Part shown: in pieces, positions 48,713 through 60,817 of the stretch | Position numbering within the stretch: the first letter of the stretch is position 1 | Layout of the letters: each line of letters begins with the position of its first letter | Origin: Anolis carolinensis | Lineage: Eukaryota | Assembly (NCBI RefSeq): GCF_035594765.1 | Contig: NC_085846.1 | Span: 20,571,190 to 20,635,189 of the forward strand | DNA length: 64,000 bases | Direction: 5' to 3' | The notes under the pieces: model-generated | What the model saw: only the letters and a program-made list of their open reading frames with translations | Told to the model about the DNA's origin: nothing | Databases searched by the model: none | Made by a program: the position numbers and the translations under genes

Positions 48713-49614
48713 TCATTTCCATTTTCTTATTAGCTGATCTCTGCTATTCAGTTCAGGTCTCACCAAAATAATATAACATTTGGGGAAAAAGATACAACCC
48801 AATAATCCAGCACCTGAAACTAAAATGGAGAAGATCTCCACAGCAACCATATATTTGCCTTTGGTGCTCAGGTAGGTTGGAACAAATGACACCCAAACAC
48901 TGCAGAACATTAGCATGCTGAAACTGATAAATTTGGTTTCATTGAAGCTATCTGGTAACTTTCTGGCTGTGAAGGCCACAATGAAGCTTAGAATGGACAA
49001 GAATCCCATATAACCCATTACAATATAAAACATGTTGACTGACCCTTCATTGCATTTTACTATGATCTCTTCTGAAAATGACTCCACATCAACATCTGGA
49101 AATGGGGGAGCGATTCCTAACCACACTACACAAATGATTCCTTGAACAAGGGAGCAGAAAAAGACAATGACACCAGTCAATCTTTTCCCTACCCATTTTC
49201 TTATGTTGGATCCGGGTTTAGTGGCCATAAAAGCTAAAACCACTGTGGTAGTTTTGGCCAACACAGAAGATACAGCCATTGAGAAGACAGTGCCAAACGC
49301 AGATTGTTGGAGAATACAGGTCACATTTTTAGGTTTCCCAAGAAATAACAAAGAACAAAGAAAGCAAAACAGGATTGAGATTAGAAGAATAAAGGTGATG
49401 TCACGATTATTAGCTTTGACTATTGGGGTATCTCCATGCTTAATAAAAACCGCTAAAACCAACACTGTGATCAAGGAAAAAGAAATAGCAAATGAGGCTA
49501 AGCTGATCCCTAATGGTTCTTCATAAGAAAGAAAGTTAACAATTTTGGGAATACATTCATCATGATTCTTGCTTGAATACCGATCTTCTGGGCATCTGAA
49601 ACAATCTTCCATGT
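48713..49614 (-). CDS. Vomeronasal type 2 receptor (V2R) exon 6: end of cysteine-rich domain + 7TM
   Basis: [66 protein letters not shown]. Acceptor ttttctctcAG, phase 1. Confidence 0.96.
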
Positions 49615-50619
49615 CTGAGAGAAAAGTAAAGAGTAGTGTTTAATATGTGGACTGAGTATAATTTTCATGCCTACTTTGTTACTTGCAGTTATGCTTAACC
49701 TGCTTGTTCCATGTATGAAACTGAATATAGCCAATAGCTTTGAAATATTAACTATTGTTTATAATGCTGCTGGTTCCTATTATCAATATATAAAAGTACT
49801 ATTTGGCATCTATATTTTCATTAATTCTTTGTTTTTCTTAAAACCTTTTTTTTGTTTTTCAAAAATTTGTGAAACATTCTTAGTTCAAGAATAGTGACCA
49901 TGTTTTAAAGGAAGGGTGGCCAGTCATGGCCTTCCAGTTGTTTTTAGACTTTTAATAGCATTGATCCTTTTCCTGAGGAGGAACAAAATTCTATCACAAT
50001 TAAATTATAGTACCATGGTAAGTTTGGTAGACTGATAGTGCCATAATTCTTAATCATATACTATTCTGGCTAGGATTAATATAACCTGAATACAAACAAC
50101 ATCTGGAAGCTCACAGTTTCCCATGCTAGAAAAAATACCCAGAATTCTCTATTAATTGATGCTTATTTTATGTCTAGCAGAGCTTTTCACTTATTAGTAG
50201 TGGCAGAGCTGCAAACTAATATAAGCAAGCAGAATCTGATGAAAACAATGACTGCTAAATCTGTGTTGTTTTGACAATGTCATTGAATTCTGGTATCTAT
50301 GAAGACTAATCATTTAGCGTATAGCAAGAGTAGACAAAAACATGATTCTGGACATGGGCACTCTAAACAATTGCACCCGTTTTAATACTAAGTTCCCAAA
50401 ACTATGTTCATTTAAAGGCTAGTTACCATGTACATGATGTATGCATGCTCTGCTTGACTTTTTAATGACTTAATGACCACCTGTAGAATGCATGAAACTG
50501 ACACCTATTATCTTTGAGCGGATTTCTGATTCTCATGTAAATGTGGAATACAATTATTCTAAGAACTGCAACAATGACACAGATGGCCTTAAGTCCATAC
50601 ATGTATACTAAGCTATGCC

Positions 50620-51134
50620 CAGGGGCGGTTCAAGCTATAATTGCGCACTTGCAGAAGGCGCTGTCCTCTGGAGGGCGCAGTTGAGGCACCTCCAAGTGCG
50701 CAATTAGTCCACCTGACTGCAAGCCTCCCACCTTTGCACTTTTCCCCTCGTTCCCAGCTTTGGAGGGGGTGGGGGAGAGCCAAGGAGCACTCATCCGCGA
50801 ACTGTGAGGCCGTGCCTCAGGAATGGGTGCTCCTTCGCACTTTTTCTCTTTTCCTGGCTTCAGACGGGTGGAGGGAAGCTCCCACCACCTCTCTGAAGCT
50901 GGGAGGAGGGGAGAGCCAAGGAGCACTCATCCCCGAGCTGTGAGGCTGTGCCTCGGGAATAGGTGCTCCTTCGCACTTTTTCTCCCTTCCTGGCTTCGGA
51001 GGGGCGGAGGGAGGCTGTGAAAAGTGTACAGCAATGAGCCTCAAAAAGGGTAGGGCCCTACCCTACCTTTTATTTTTCAGTGATTGGTTTGGGTTGGGGG
51101 CCACCAAAAATACTGCTTGCTAGGGCCGGCCCTG
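50620..51134. mobile_element. hAT MITE in V2R intron 5, with an internal ~135-bp tandem duplication
   Basis: TIR CAGGGGCGG / CCGGCCCTG with perfect 8-bp TSD GCTATGCC. Confidence 0.9.
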
Positions 51135-51178
51135 GCTATGCCACATGAATCTAGCAAATAATATACTACAACACCTAC

Positions 51179-51305
51179 TCATTTGATCTGAAATCATTCC
51201 TTCTGGACACAGAATGCAATCATAGCAACAAAACCTCTCCCCTTCTTTCATTTTCTTCTGATAGCCAGGGCAGCAGGGGTTACTACATAATGAGATGGGT
51301 GGTAC
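51179..51305 (-). CDS. V2R exon 5 (cysteine-rich domain); absent from the ORF track
   Basis: VPPISLCSNPCCPGYQKKMKEGERFCCYDCILCPEGMISDQM. AG acceptor and GTAGGT donor; 127 bp, phase 0 to 1. Confidence 0.92.
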
Positions 51306-51646
51306 CTTTTAGCAAACACAAGTAGAGTGTGAAATAGAAGTAATGAGAGAAAGAAAAAATATAATTTGATCAGCAAGTAAGAAGTAAACTGTTGACAGAA
51401 AATATTGAGGAATTTTGCCTACATTAGATAGGCCTATTAAGAGGAAACTTTATGCATATAAAACATACATGACAATATGTATACACTTTTAGTGTCTAAG
51501 TTTTGCAAAAATTATAAAAAATGGATTCAGTCTCAAATGTAATGTACCCAACAGCACAGGCATAGCACATTACTGAGGCAGGCAGGCAGCATAAATAAGG
51601 CCATTTGGGAAGCCATGCCCTTCTGTCAGGCCAAAGCTGGTGAATA

Positions 51647-51864
51647 TTTATTTATTTACAATATTTATATTCCGCCCTTCTCACCCTGAAGGGGACTCAG
51701 GGCGGATCACATTACACATATGAGGCAAACATTCAATGCCTTAACATAGAACAAAGACAAGACAAACATAGGCTCAGAGCTGGCCTTGAACTCATGACCT
51801 CTTGGTCAGAGTGATTTGTTGCAGCTGGCTGGCTGCTCACCAGGCTGCGCCACAGCCCGGGCCC
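51647..51864 (-). mobile_element. tRNA-derived SINE with L2-type 3' tail
   Basis: A box TGGCGCAGCCTGG, B box GAGTTCAAGGCC, tail CCGCCCTGAGTCCCC..(TAAA)n. Confidence 0.75.
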
Positions 51865-52568
51865 TTGGACTCACCAGTGTTGCACAATTCCCAACGGATC
51901 ATATCCATGAGGCATTCAAAACCAAGGAGAAGGTTTTGATGGCCTCATGAATGAAGATAGTCGGGAACCGTATGGGACTGAGTCTAGGGGGGACAGGCAA
52001 GAGACCCCGAGGGCCATCCAGGAGGCAGGATCCATAGTTAAGCAGCAGAAATTACTGAATAACCAACTGGGTGCTCCTCCTCCTTCTGTGGGCTGGAAAC
52101 AGCCTCTTTGCCACCTACCTCTCTGTTTGGCCTTCGGGGTTCTGGGTTCATCTGCGCCTTTTCACACAGGTATGTTTATGTGTATGATTCTAATGCAACA
52201 TCAAATCTAATGCATACTTCAATTTTGGCAATATAATTTAGCCCAAAAGGGTGAGCATTAGACTCGAGTAAATGTGGTATGCAGTAACTTAAGCATGAAG
52301 AAATAAATTTGAAAATTATAAGAAATGAAACAGTGTTGCATTTCCCTATCAAAGTGATGATAAATATTTACTCATATTACATATTTTTAAAAGTCCTCCC
52401 TGAGATGATACATTTCTTTCTCTCAGGTTATTTATCTTGCTTCTAAATGAAAATGGAACTCTGAACATTTATATAATTTTTTCATAACTGCAAGAATTAG
52501 TTAACATCACTTTAGTAACAAGCATATATTAAATGGAGGAAATACCCCAAGTCCTCCAAAAATGATAC

Positions 52569-52793
52569 CTGATTAAACTCCCCATACCACAAGATTGTAT
52601 CATCATTAATGACAAACTCTTCTTCCTCCAGGAGAGATTTGTACTTGACCTTTCCAATTTTCACTCTAAGTAATGAGTTATTGGGGAATATCACTATGTT
52701 TGTTAGGTCAAATCCTTTTTCATTATTATGATGAAATGACACTGTTTCTCCTGCGGAATTGTTAAATACAACACGTTGAAGAAAGGGGTGTAT
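52569..52793 (-). CDS. V2R exon 4
   Basis: IHPFLQRVVFNNSAGETVSF..GFDLTNIVIFPNNS..VKIG..ILWYGEFNQ. AG/GT bounded; 225 bp, phase 0. Confidence 0.93.
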
Positions 52794-53096
52794 CTAGTTG
52801 AAAAAGAGAGAAATTATGGGAAAGGAAAAAATATATTTATGATGATTTAGAACAGTTTACAAGTTTGGATATTTTGGTATAGATTAGATTGCATCACATT
52901 TTTACAGTAAATATTTGGTTACCTGTGAGTCTGTGGAGACATGGGAGCAAAAATCAACATAGGACTTGAGAAAGGCCTCAGCTAACCAAAAGCACACATG
53001 GATTTATCTCAGTCCCTGCTCAATTCAAGGAGATTAAGACTCATTGAAATCAGGAGAATGTTCTGTATTAGATGTTATAGTCTAATAATGTTTTCT

Positions 53097-53209
53097 GCTG
53101 CTGCTCAGTCGTTTAGTCGTCTCCGACTCTTTGTGACCTCATGGACCAGTCCATGCTAGAGCTCCCTGTCGGCTGTCGCCGCCCCCAGTTCCTTCAAGGT
53201 CAAGCCAGG
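53097..53209 (-). mobile_element. RTE (BovB-like) LINE 3' fragment
   Basis: GGTCACAAAGAGTCGGAGACGACTAAACGACTGAG(CAG)n tail, flanked by a GTTTTCT duplication. Confidence 0.75.
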
Positions 53210-53473
53210 GTTTTCTATTAGATTGTATTTTTAGAGAAGTGGGGAAAATTTAGTCCATGGGTATAGGCCTAACATAATTTTGTACTCCCTGAAACCTTTG
53301 AAATTTTCATGATTTTTTATCAATGACTTTTTAACAAAATGGTTCAGAATTACTAGTATCAGATGATTTGTTTCTATGAGCATCCAAGATCCCCACATTA
53401 ATTTTTCAAAACTAAACCATGGAAACACACACACAAAAGTAGTCAAAGCAAAACCATAGGTAATATGGCAACA

Positions 53474-53652
53474 TTTTTTTTTATGTGTATGTGTCAGGAA
53501 CAACTGAAGTTGCTTCTGGAGTGAGAGAATTAGCCGTCTGCAAGGATGTTGCCCAGGGGACGCCCGGATGTTTTGATGTTTTTACCATCCTTGTGGGAGG
53601 CTTCTCTCATGTCCCCGCATGGAGCTGGAGCTGATAGAGGGAGCTCATCCGC
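53474..53652 (-). mobile_element. Anolis SINE2-like fragment
   Basis: Homologous to 12341-12525. Confidence 0.75.
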
Positions 53653-53985
53653 ATATGACAACATGAAGAATATGGAAAGGATTTTAGGGTCATCATTTCT
53701 TGGCACTGAAAAGTCAGGAATGCCTCATAGCAGGCTATAATAATAAGATTAGATAGTTTGAGAGATCCAAAATGTCTTCTGTCTATGTTTATCTAAGTGG
53801 TCCCTCTTTGTTGTAAACTGATAATCTTAGCAATGTTTCCTTATTCGTTCTCCTTCTCATAACTCTGCATGGTTTTCCCTGTAATGGAACTTGATTAGAT
53901 TAGAACCTGGACAACTTTCCTTTCTTAGAATAGTGTTCTTATAATAAAACTTTGCTTTGTTAAAAGCAGCATCAGCAACAACACA

Positions 53986-54126
53986 GTGACAGGAGAGAAG
54001 CCTCCCACAAGGATGGTAAAACATAAAAACATCCAAGCGTCCCCTGGGCAACACCCTTGCAGATGGCCAATTCACTCACATCTAAGTGACTTGCCATTTC
54101 TCAAGTCACTCCTGACACAAAAAAAG
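53986..54126 (+). mobile_element. Anolis SINE2-like fragment (inverted relative to 53474-53652)
   Basis: Reverse-complement homology to 12341-12480, with an A-rich tail. Confidence 0.75.
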
Positions 54127-54587
54127 CAACAACAAAAAACAGAAATACACAGTTCCAGGTATGGGTTACATAAATCCATCAAAAATCTTCCTACACAACC
54201 ACTGATGACAATTTCACTGTATTTCATATAAATGTGTTTCTTTTTACATGACCCTACATGTAGGAATGTGATTCTTCCTACATGATCATTGATGACAACT
54301 TTATTGCATGTCATATAAAATCAGTCTAAAAATGGTATGTAAACACAGATTCATGGGATTTCATGTAAATTCTGCTTAACTGATGTGTTTCAGTTATATA
54401 TATCAATATATCTAGATTTAGATCTAGAAATATAGCCAGGTAGATATGCAGCATTCCTTCCCTTTTTAGCCATCCGGTTTGGAGAGCACGTGGACTTACA
54501 ATGAAACATGATTATTTTACTGTTATTCTAAATTATTTATATTTAGATTATTGAGTTGTTGGTTGACATAGATTGTAGAGATATTAC

Positions 54588-55442
54588 CTGCCAAGGCTGG
54601 AGATACCATGTATTCCATTTTCCATTCTTCATCATTATTCTCTTATTGGATTGGGAGGAGTACATTGCATGAGAAGCATGTGCCACAGCATAGACAGCAT
54701 TATAGATGCCGTAGCTGTGGCCATTCACAAACATTTCAAACAAAGATCCAGGAAGGTTTTCTAGCTGCTCATCACCTGTACAAATTTTATCAATTTCCCC
54801 CATTGTTTGTGAATTATGAAATGAACATTCAAATACTTGTTCACAGAAATCCTTGAGAAAACTATTTGCTTGTGTCCTACAAGGTCTCATCATACGAAGA
54901 AATGTTGTGAATTTTAAAAGTGGCCATGTGTGTTCTGAGAAGGAAATAGCACCCTGGAACACTTGCAGATTGGTTGTAATTTGTAGGCTTGTCAATGCAA
55001 AATCAATTAGGCCTGTCGTAATCCATACTTTCCTTGGCAATATATTTGTCCTCTTATACAAAGCATCTGTCATGAGAATCACCCATGCAATGATATTTTC
55101 TCCATTGGCAATATATGTATTGGCTGTGCTTTTAGTAAAAGATGAATGCATATTATTGGCAATAGTATTGATTTCTTCAAATGTACCCCAAGAAACTTTA
55201 TTTGTGATTTGTTCTATGAAAGCCAAACAGATGCCATTCTGGGAAAGCAGTAGCTCCAGTGTCTGTAAGAAATGCTTTCCACTGTTGTCATCCAGAACAA
55301 AGAGTCCAACCCAAATCCATCCAAAATGTTGAAGTAACCGGACAATACCCAGGTACTGATGCGATTCATTGGGAACCATGCAGTAAAAGGAAGACAGCTG
55401 TGTTGTACAATATTCTCCTGGGACAGAAGACCCATAGGAGAG
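54588..55442 (-). CDS. V2R exon 3 (Venus flytrap domain)
   Basis: LSYGS..FYCMVPNE..QYLGIVRLLQHFGWIWVGL..KVWITT..SYGIYNAVYAVAHA..LQPWQ. AG/GT bounded; 855 bp, phase 0. Confidence 0.94.
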
Positions 55443-55553
55443 CTAAAACAAAATGTGCATCTATTTTAGAGGTGAGTTAGGAAAAGTACTGCAATGAAAT
55501 ACATTTTTATCATTGCACAGTGAGAGAAAAATCGAAATCTCTATTTGCAAGTT

Positions 55554-55879
55554 AGGTAAAGGTAAATGTTTCCCCTGATGCTTAGTCCAGTTGTGTCCGA
55601 CTCGGGATTGGTGCTCATCTCCATTTCTAAGCCGAAGAGCCGGTGTTGTCCATAGACACCTCCAAGGTCATGTGTCTGGCATGACTGCATGGAACGCCAT
55701 TACCTTCCCACAAGGTACCTATTGATCTACTCACATTTGCATGTTTTCGAACTGCTAGGTTGGCAGAAGCTGGAGCTAACAGCGGGCGCTCACTCCGCTC
55801 CCCGGATTTGAACCTGGGACCTTTCGGTCTGCAAGTTCAGCAGCTCAGCGCTTTAACACACTGAGCCACCAGAGGCTCC
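55554..55879 (-). mobile_element. Sauria SINE
   Basis: Highly similar to 12680-13010; AAGTT(A) duplicated at the flanks. Confidence 0.88.
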
Positions 55880-56112
55880 AAGTTAAGGCTCCAAGTTGCA
55901 AGTTAAGACCCACATAATTCAATTTTTTTGGCTGAATAGTATTAATTAATTTGAGTTTATTATTATTAGAATAATATGTTTATGATTTTTTTTTGCTCCA
56001 ATAATGCCAAGTAATTTTTAAAACTGAAATATCAGGAAAGTGACATGCACACAGTGGAACAATGATTTAAAAACAAGCAATGTTGACTGTACCCCAAAAC
56101 ACAGAAACATAC

Positions 56113-56392
56113 CTGTGGAATCTTGTAGAGACCTATGATTTCTGAGATATCAAAGCCAAAGCTCCCGATGATTGCTCTTAGATTTTTATCTCTCCTGCAT
56201 CTGTAATTTGGAATAAAGTTGTCCAATTTGAAGAGCAGATCTAGAGTACTGCGATAAGACATCCTTGCATCATAGTAGGTGTCATAGATATGGAACCCCA
56301 GGCTGATGTTAGGCAAGATCTTTGGGTCTTCATTGATCTCATTCACAGCAAATATCAATGCTAAAATGTGCTGGTACAACTTTGGCACCACA
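56113..56392 (-). CDS. V2R exon 2
   Basis: VVPKLYQHILALIFAVNEINEDPKILPNISLGFHIYD..FIPNYRC..YKIPQ. AG/GT bounded; 280 bp, phase 2 to 0. Confidence 0.94.
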
Positions 56393-57871
56393 CTGAAAAT
56401 AGAACAATATGCTCTTTCACAGAAGAATTTTACCACACATTACACTCGTACAGGCTTCATATCAATTATTCACATAGTTTGTACAATAAGATCAAATAGC
56501 AATAGGGAGAAACTAGAAAGGTGATCAGAGACTGAATTGTGAAACCAAACTAGAGAGAAAAAAGGGAGCACGAGAATTTGAACTGCATGACTGACAAGGG
56601 ATGTATTAACTTTGCTTTGTAAATGAAACTGTCTTATATTGTTAGACTGTTTCTCTGAGTATGCAAGCATTTGTCTTCTTTTGCTAGAAGTTGTCCTCCA
56701 AGGTATTATCAGTGAGTTTTATTGAGAAATGCAAGAAATCATATCAAGGGCTTTCTATTTGTAAATGGTGTGATGAACAATTCACTGATACTGAGAGTCT
56801 GTCATTCACAATCCAGAAATGAAATATACACTAATGTGACAATTTTTCTTCTTCAATGAGGTTGTGTCCTATTTCCAAGAAAAACATAAAAATTATTGTT
56901 CCAAAAAGCACTTCTAAATTATTTCATTGATGCCCGGTATTCTTTTGCCATTTGAACCAACTTTCATAAACTTTTTAATTCAAGCCAAAATATTTTCCTG
57001 GCAGATATTTTTTATCATGATTTTGAAACTAATAATAATTTACATTTTGTTATCCTGTGATCAATAAGATATATTGAAATATCACCAAGGCCCATTTACA
57101 CTGCCATATAATGCAATTTCAGAACTGCATTGGATTTCATTATATGGCAGTGTTGACTCATATAATCCAGTGCAATGCATTATTTTCATACAAAATTCAA
57201 TTTCATATTTGCCTTCCTTTCTTTTCTCAGCAAGATTGGAATCTACCAACTCACGATCATTACAACTCCAACCTTAGAGATGTGAGAAAGAGCATTGTAT
57301 GGAGAAAACTGGAGAATCAGCGGAATTCAAAGATCTTATGGGTATTTTCACTGAACTGATAAATACCTTTCATTTTCTTCCATTTTTCTCAAAAGGTAGA
57401 AAATTACTTTTCCAAACAAACAAACACCAAACAAACTGAAAGTAGAAATAATAGTGTTAAATATTTTTCATCAGCCATAGCAGACGGATCCTGGTTGGAT
57501 GTTGAGTTCATTTACAATTTTGACTTAGAACTGGATTCTAATACAATCAGTTTTCTACCTCATCAGATTCAGCAGCAGCACTGATACCTTGATCTTTAAA
57601 CTACACAGCCTATCTTTCAAGCTCTGGATTTTGTATTTTTTATTTGTTATCTGAGACTGGTGATTTTAGGGACATCTTTTCCCTTTTCATTCTACTTTAT
57701 ATCAAGAAGTAGAACTGATTGTAGGGAAATTTGGTTCTGTTCATGACCTTCCACTATTGCAAAGGAGGTAAGTTGTTATACAATGTACTCAAGGGAAACT
57801 TGATAACCCAAAGTGCTAGTGACTTAGGAAAATGCAAACACACACCACATGTACATTCTTACATAACTTAC

Positions 57872-58089
57872 AGTTGAAGATCAGATGGATCCTCAGAAGG
57901 ATGAGAGTTGAAGGAATTAATAGCCGGAGAAACATATATGATCTCAGAACCCATCCCACCAATTAGGAGAGTACCTGGCTGATACCACTCATGAGGAATA
58001 CGGACAGGATTATCTCCAGGGCATTTCATTCTATTTGCAAAGCATGCTAGACAATACAACTGGAACAGCAACAATATAAATGACCTCAT
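57872..58089 (-). CDS. V2R exon 1 (signal peptide)
   Basis: MRSFILLLFQLYCLACFA hydrophobic leader, HEWYQPGTLLIGG motif, donor GTAAGT; 218 bp, phase 2. Confidence 0.9.
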
Positions 58090-59598
58090 TGTCTTGACAA
58101 TCTTTCTTTCCAAACAAAAGGTTTGCTGGTCTCACCTACAGAGACAGCATGTTAAGTAAAACAGACTAGTATGGCTAGTACTTTATTCTGCCAATAACTT
58201 TCTGAAAGAGAAAAGTATTTATCTTCTTTTTATTATCTACCAAAATGCAGATGCCAGCTGCAATTGCTGCTAGACCAATTTCAAAAGAGGAATATAATAT
58301 GAAATGTGGACTTTCTCTGAAATCAAAAGCAGAGCTCTGTCTAGGTTTCCTAGTGCCACTATTCATTGGAACAGGGGTGGCTTAATAAACACCTTTGAGC
58401 TTGCTTATTGACTTTGTTGCTGCATGTCCATTAGAGATTTGGCAAGAAAGGCCAATGACAGTTATTAGGAAAATTACAAGGGAGTTGCAAATGTGGAGGG
58501 CATGAGTGAATTATTTATTTAATTACTTTTTGAGTTGATCAGTATTATTTACATTGTTATTTTATGCTCACTCGTGTGTGCGCGGTGGGAGGTGTACAAA
58601 TCATCATCCATAATGTAGTGCTACGATTGGAACATCAGATAGGATCTAGGTTTAAAATTACCACATGGTTTAATCAGTTAGCTTGTCAAAACAATCATCA
58701 TGCTTGACATAATAATTATTAACTTTTCTTAACTTGCTAACTGATTTGGTAAAAAATAGAATGAGACAATGGTTAGCCAAAGAACCAAGGAGACTGTGAG
58801 GGAACTGGATTGTGATTTCTTCCTTTCTTCTTTCTTTCAAATCACACTGAGGCAGTTCCAGGCAAAGCAGCCCCTGTACTGTCCATTGCCTTGAGGTGGA
58901 GGGATATAATTCATTCACTAATGGAAAGTCAAGGAAGGGGATAGCAGTTAGGAAAATTGAAAAGAATAATAATAATAATTGTTACTATTTATTTGTTATC
59001 CGCCTCTCATCAAGAGTATAACATAGTTAAAATACATAGATAAAACATAAGACAATTACAAACATTCAAAACATTATCAGAGGGAAAAACGCTTTCAACA
59101 AAAGTCTCTCTCCTTGTCCCATATCAAGAATCAGTCAAGCAAGAGTCACATCTACTCAACATTAAAATGAAAAATGTGATTCTCAGGAAGCATTTACATC
59201 AAAATCTAATGCAAAAATATTTTTTAAAATGGGTTTAATGTTGATACACAGATCAAGATGACTAGTATATACACATAAAATTGAATACATGGTTCATTTC
59301 TACAGTGGGAAAGTGTCTCTGTAGTAGAATTACATTTCAGGTAATTATTCTGAACAGTTGAAAATACAGTATCCAAATATTATGCAAGGAGAATGCTACT
59401 TGTGCAAAGATCATTTCTACATTCTATGTATCCATAATTACTCAAAATCAAACATGCAGTCTCTAATATATTTGAAGAATACTCACATATTATGATTACA
59501 TTTTGAGGATTGAACTGAGGATGAGAAACATAATTTTTTTAAAGCCCCACAAAGATCAGGCATGGGCAGAGGTATTCTGTAAGATGCTGTCTATTCAC

Positions 59599-60537
59599 TC
59601 ATGTTAGGAGCTGTTTTATTTGCTTTGGCATTTTCTTCATAGCCTCCTGGATGTCTTTGTTCCTGAGGCTATAAATGATGGGATTCAGAACTGGAGGCAA
59701 AACTGTATACAAAACTGCCGAGATAAGATCCACTGTAGGAGAAGAAAGTGATTTCGGTCTCATATAAGAGAATACAGCAGTGACCATAAATAAAGTAAAG
59801 ACCAGCAAGTGGGGAGTACAGGTTGAGAAAGCTTTGTACCTGCCTTGAGCTGTTGGAATCCTTAGCACAGCAGATAAAATGTAACCATAAGAAACAAAGA
59901 TAGATCCACCAATAGATGAGTCCAGAATCATGCCAAGGGCAAAAATCAGAATTTGGTGAGTTCTGGTATCAGTGCAAGAGATCTTTTGTAATTGAGGAAT
60001 GTCACAGAAGTATTGTTGAATAAAATTGGACCCACAGAAATTTAACAGAAAAGTCATACTGGTATGCAATGCTGCATGAACCAAGTTGAATATCCAAGAA
60101 GCTGCTGTCATTTGGATGCATACAGCTCTATTCATGATTATGTTATATTGCAGAGGTTTGCAAATTGCTACATAGCGGTCATAAGCCATGATTGTTAGCA
60201 AAGTAGACTCAGAACCTGTAAAGGTAATAACTAGGAAAACCTGAGCTACACATCCAGCAAAAGAAATCAGTCTGTTGTTTGCCACAGAAGTAGCTATAGA
60301 TTTTGGAACTGTGGTTGAGATAAAGCAAATGTCTGACAGTGACAAGTTGGCCAAGAAAAAATACATGGGAGTCTGAAGATTGTTGTTGAGAACCACAGCT
60401 AAAAGGATGATCAAATTGCCCACGACGGCTATTATATATACAAAAAGAAACATCACATAATGCAAAATCTGCATTCCGTAGTCATCAGAAAATTCCATGA
60501 GAAGGAATTCCGTCACAGACGTTCTATTAAGCTTCAT
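59599..60537 (-). CDS. Olfactory receptor (class II, family-14-like, a different subgroup), OR-G, 312 aa
   Basis: LQTPMYFFLANLS, MAYDRYVAICKPL, YFCDIPQL, KAFSTCTPHL, NPIIYSLRNKDI. Confidence 0.95.
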   Translation of the reverse strand: MKLNRTSVTEFLLMEFSDDYGMQILHYVMFLFVYIIAVVGNLIILLAVVLNNNLQTPMYFFLANLSLSDICFISTTVPKSIATSVANNRLISFAGCVAQVFLVITFTGSESTLLTIMAYDRYVAICKPLQYNIIMNRAVCIQMTAASWIFNLVHAALHTSMTFLLNFCGSNFIQQYFCDIPQLQKISCTDTRTHQILIFALGMILDSSIGGSIFVSYGYILSAVLRIPTAQGRYKAFSTCTPHLLVFTLFMVTAVFSYMRPKSLSSPTVDLISAVLYTVLPPVLNPIIYSLRNKDIQEAMKKMPKQIKQLLT

Positions 60538-60657
60538 ATTTTGTAGAATCCTTTAACTGAAATATGAATAATAGGCAATTAGTTATGTAAACATCACCAA
60601 GAAAATACAATTGCCTTGTAATATTGGAAATTTCACCTACTACTGAATTAAATATCA

Positions 60658-60817
60658 GTATTGTCCTGGGCAAGGCCCCATGTAAGTCGCCCCGAGTCCC
60701 CGTTGGGGAGATGGTGGTGGGGTATCAATAAAGTTTTATTATTATTATTATTATACTTCTTGGCAGGAGGTTGGACTGGATGGCCCATGAGGTCTCTCCC
60801 AACTCTATGATTCTATG
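60658..60817 (+). mobile_element. Fused L2 3' end (60658-60753) + CR1 3' end (60755-60817)
   Basis: First part nearly identical to 6038-6135. Second part ends in ACTCTATGATTCTATG, like 63650-63700. Whole unit flanked by AAATATCA (60650-60657, 60818-60825). Confidence 0.8.
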
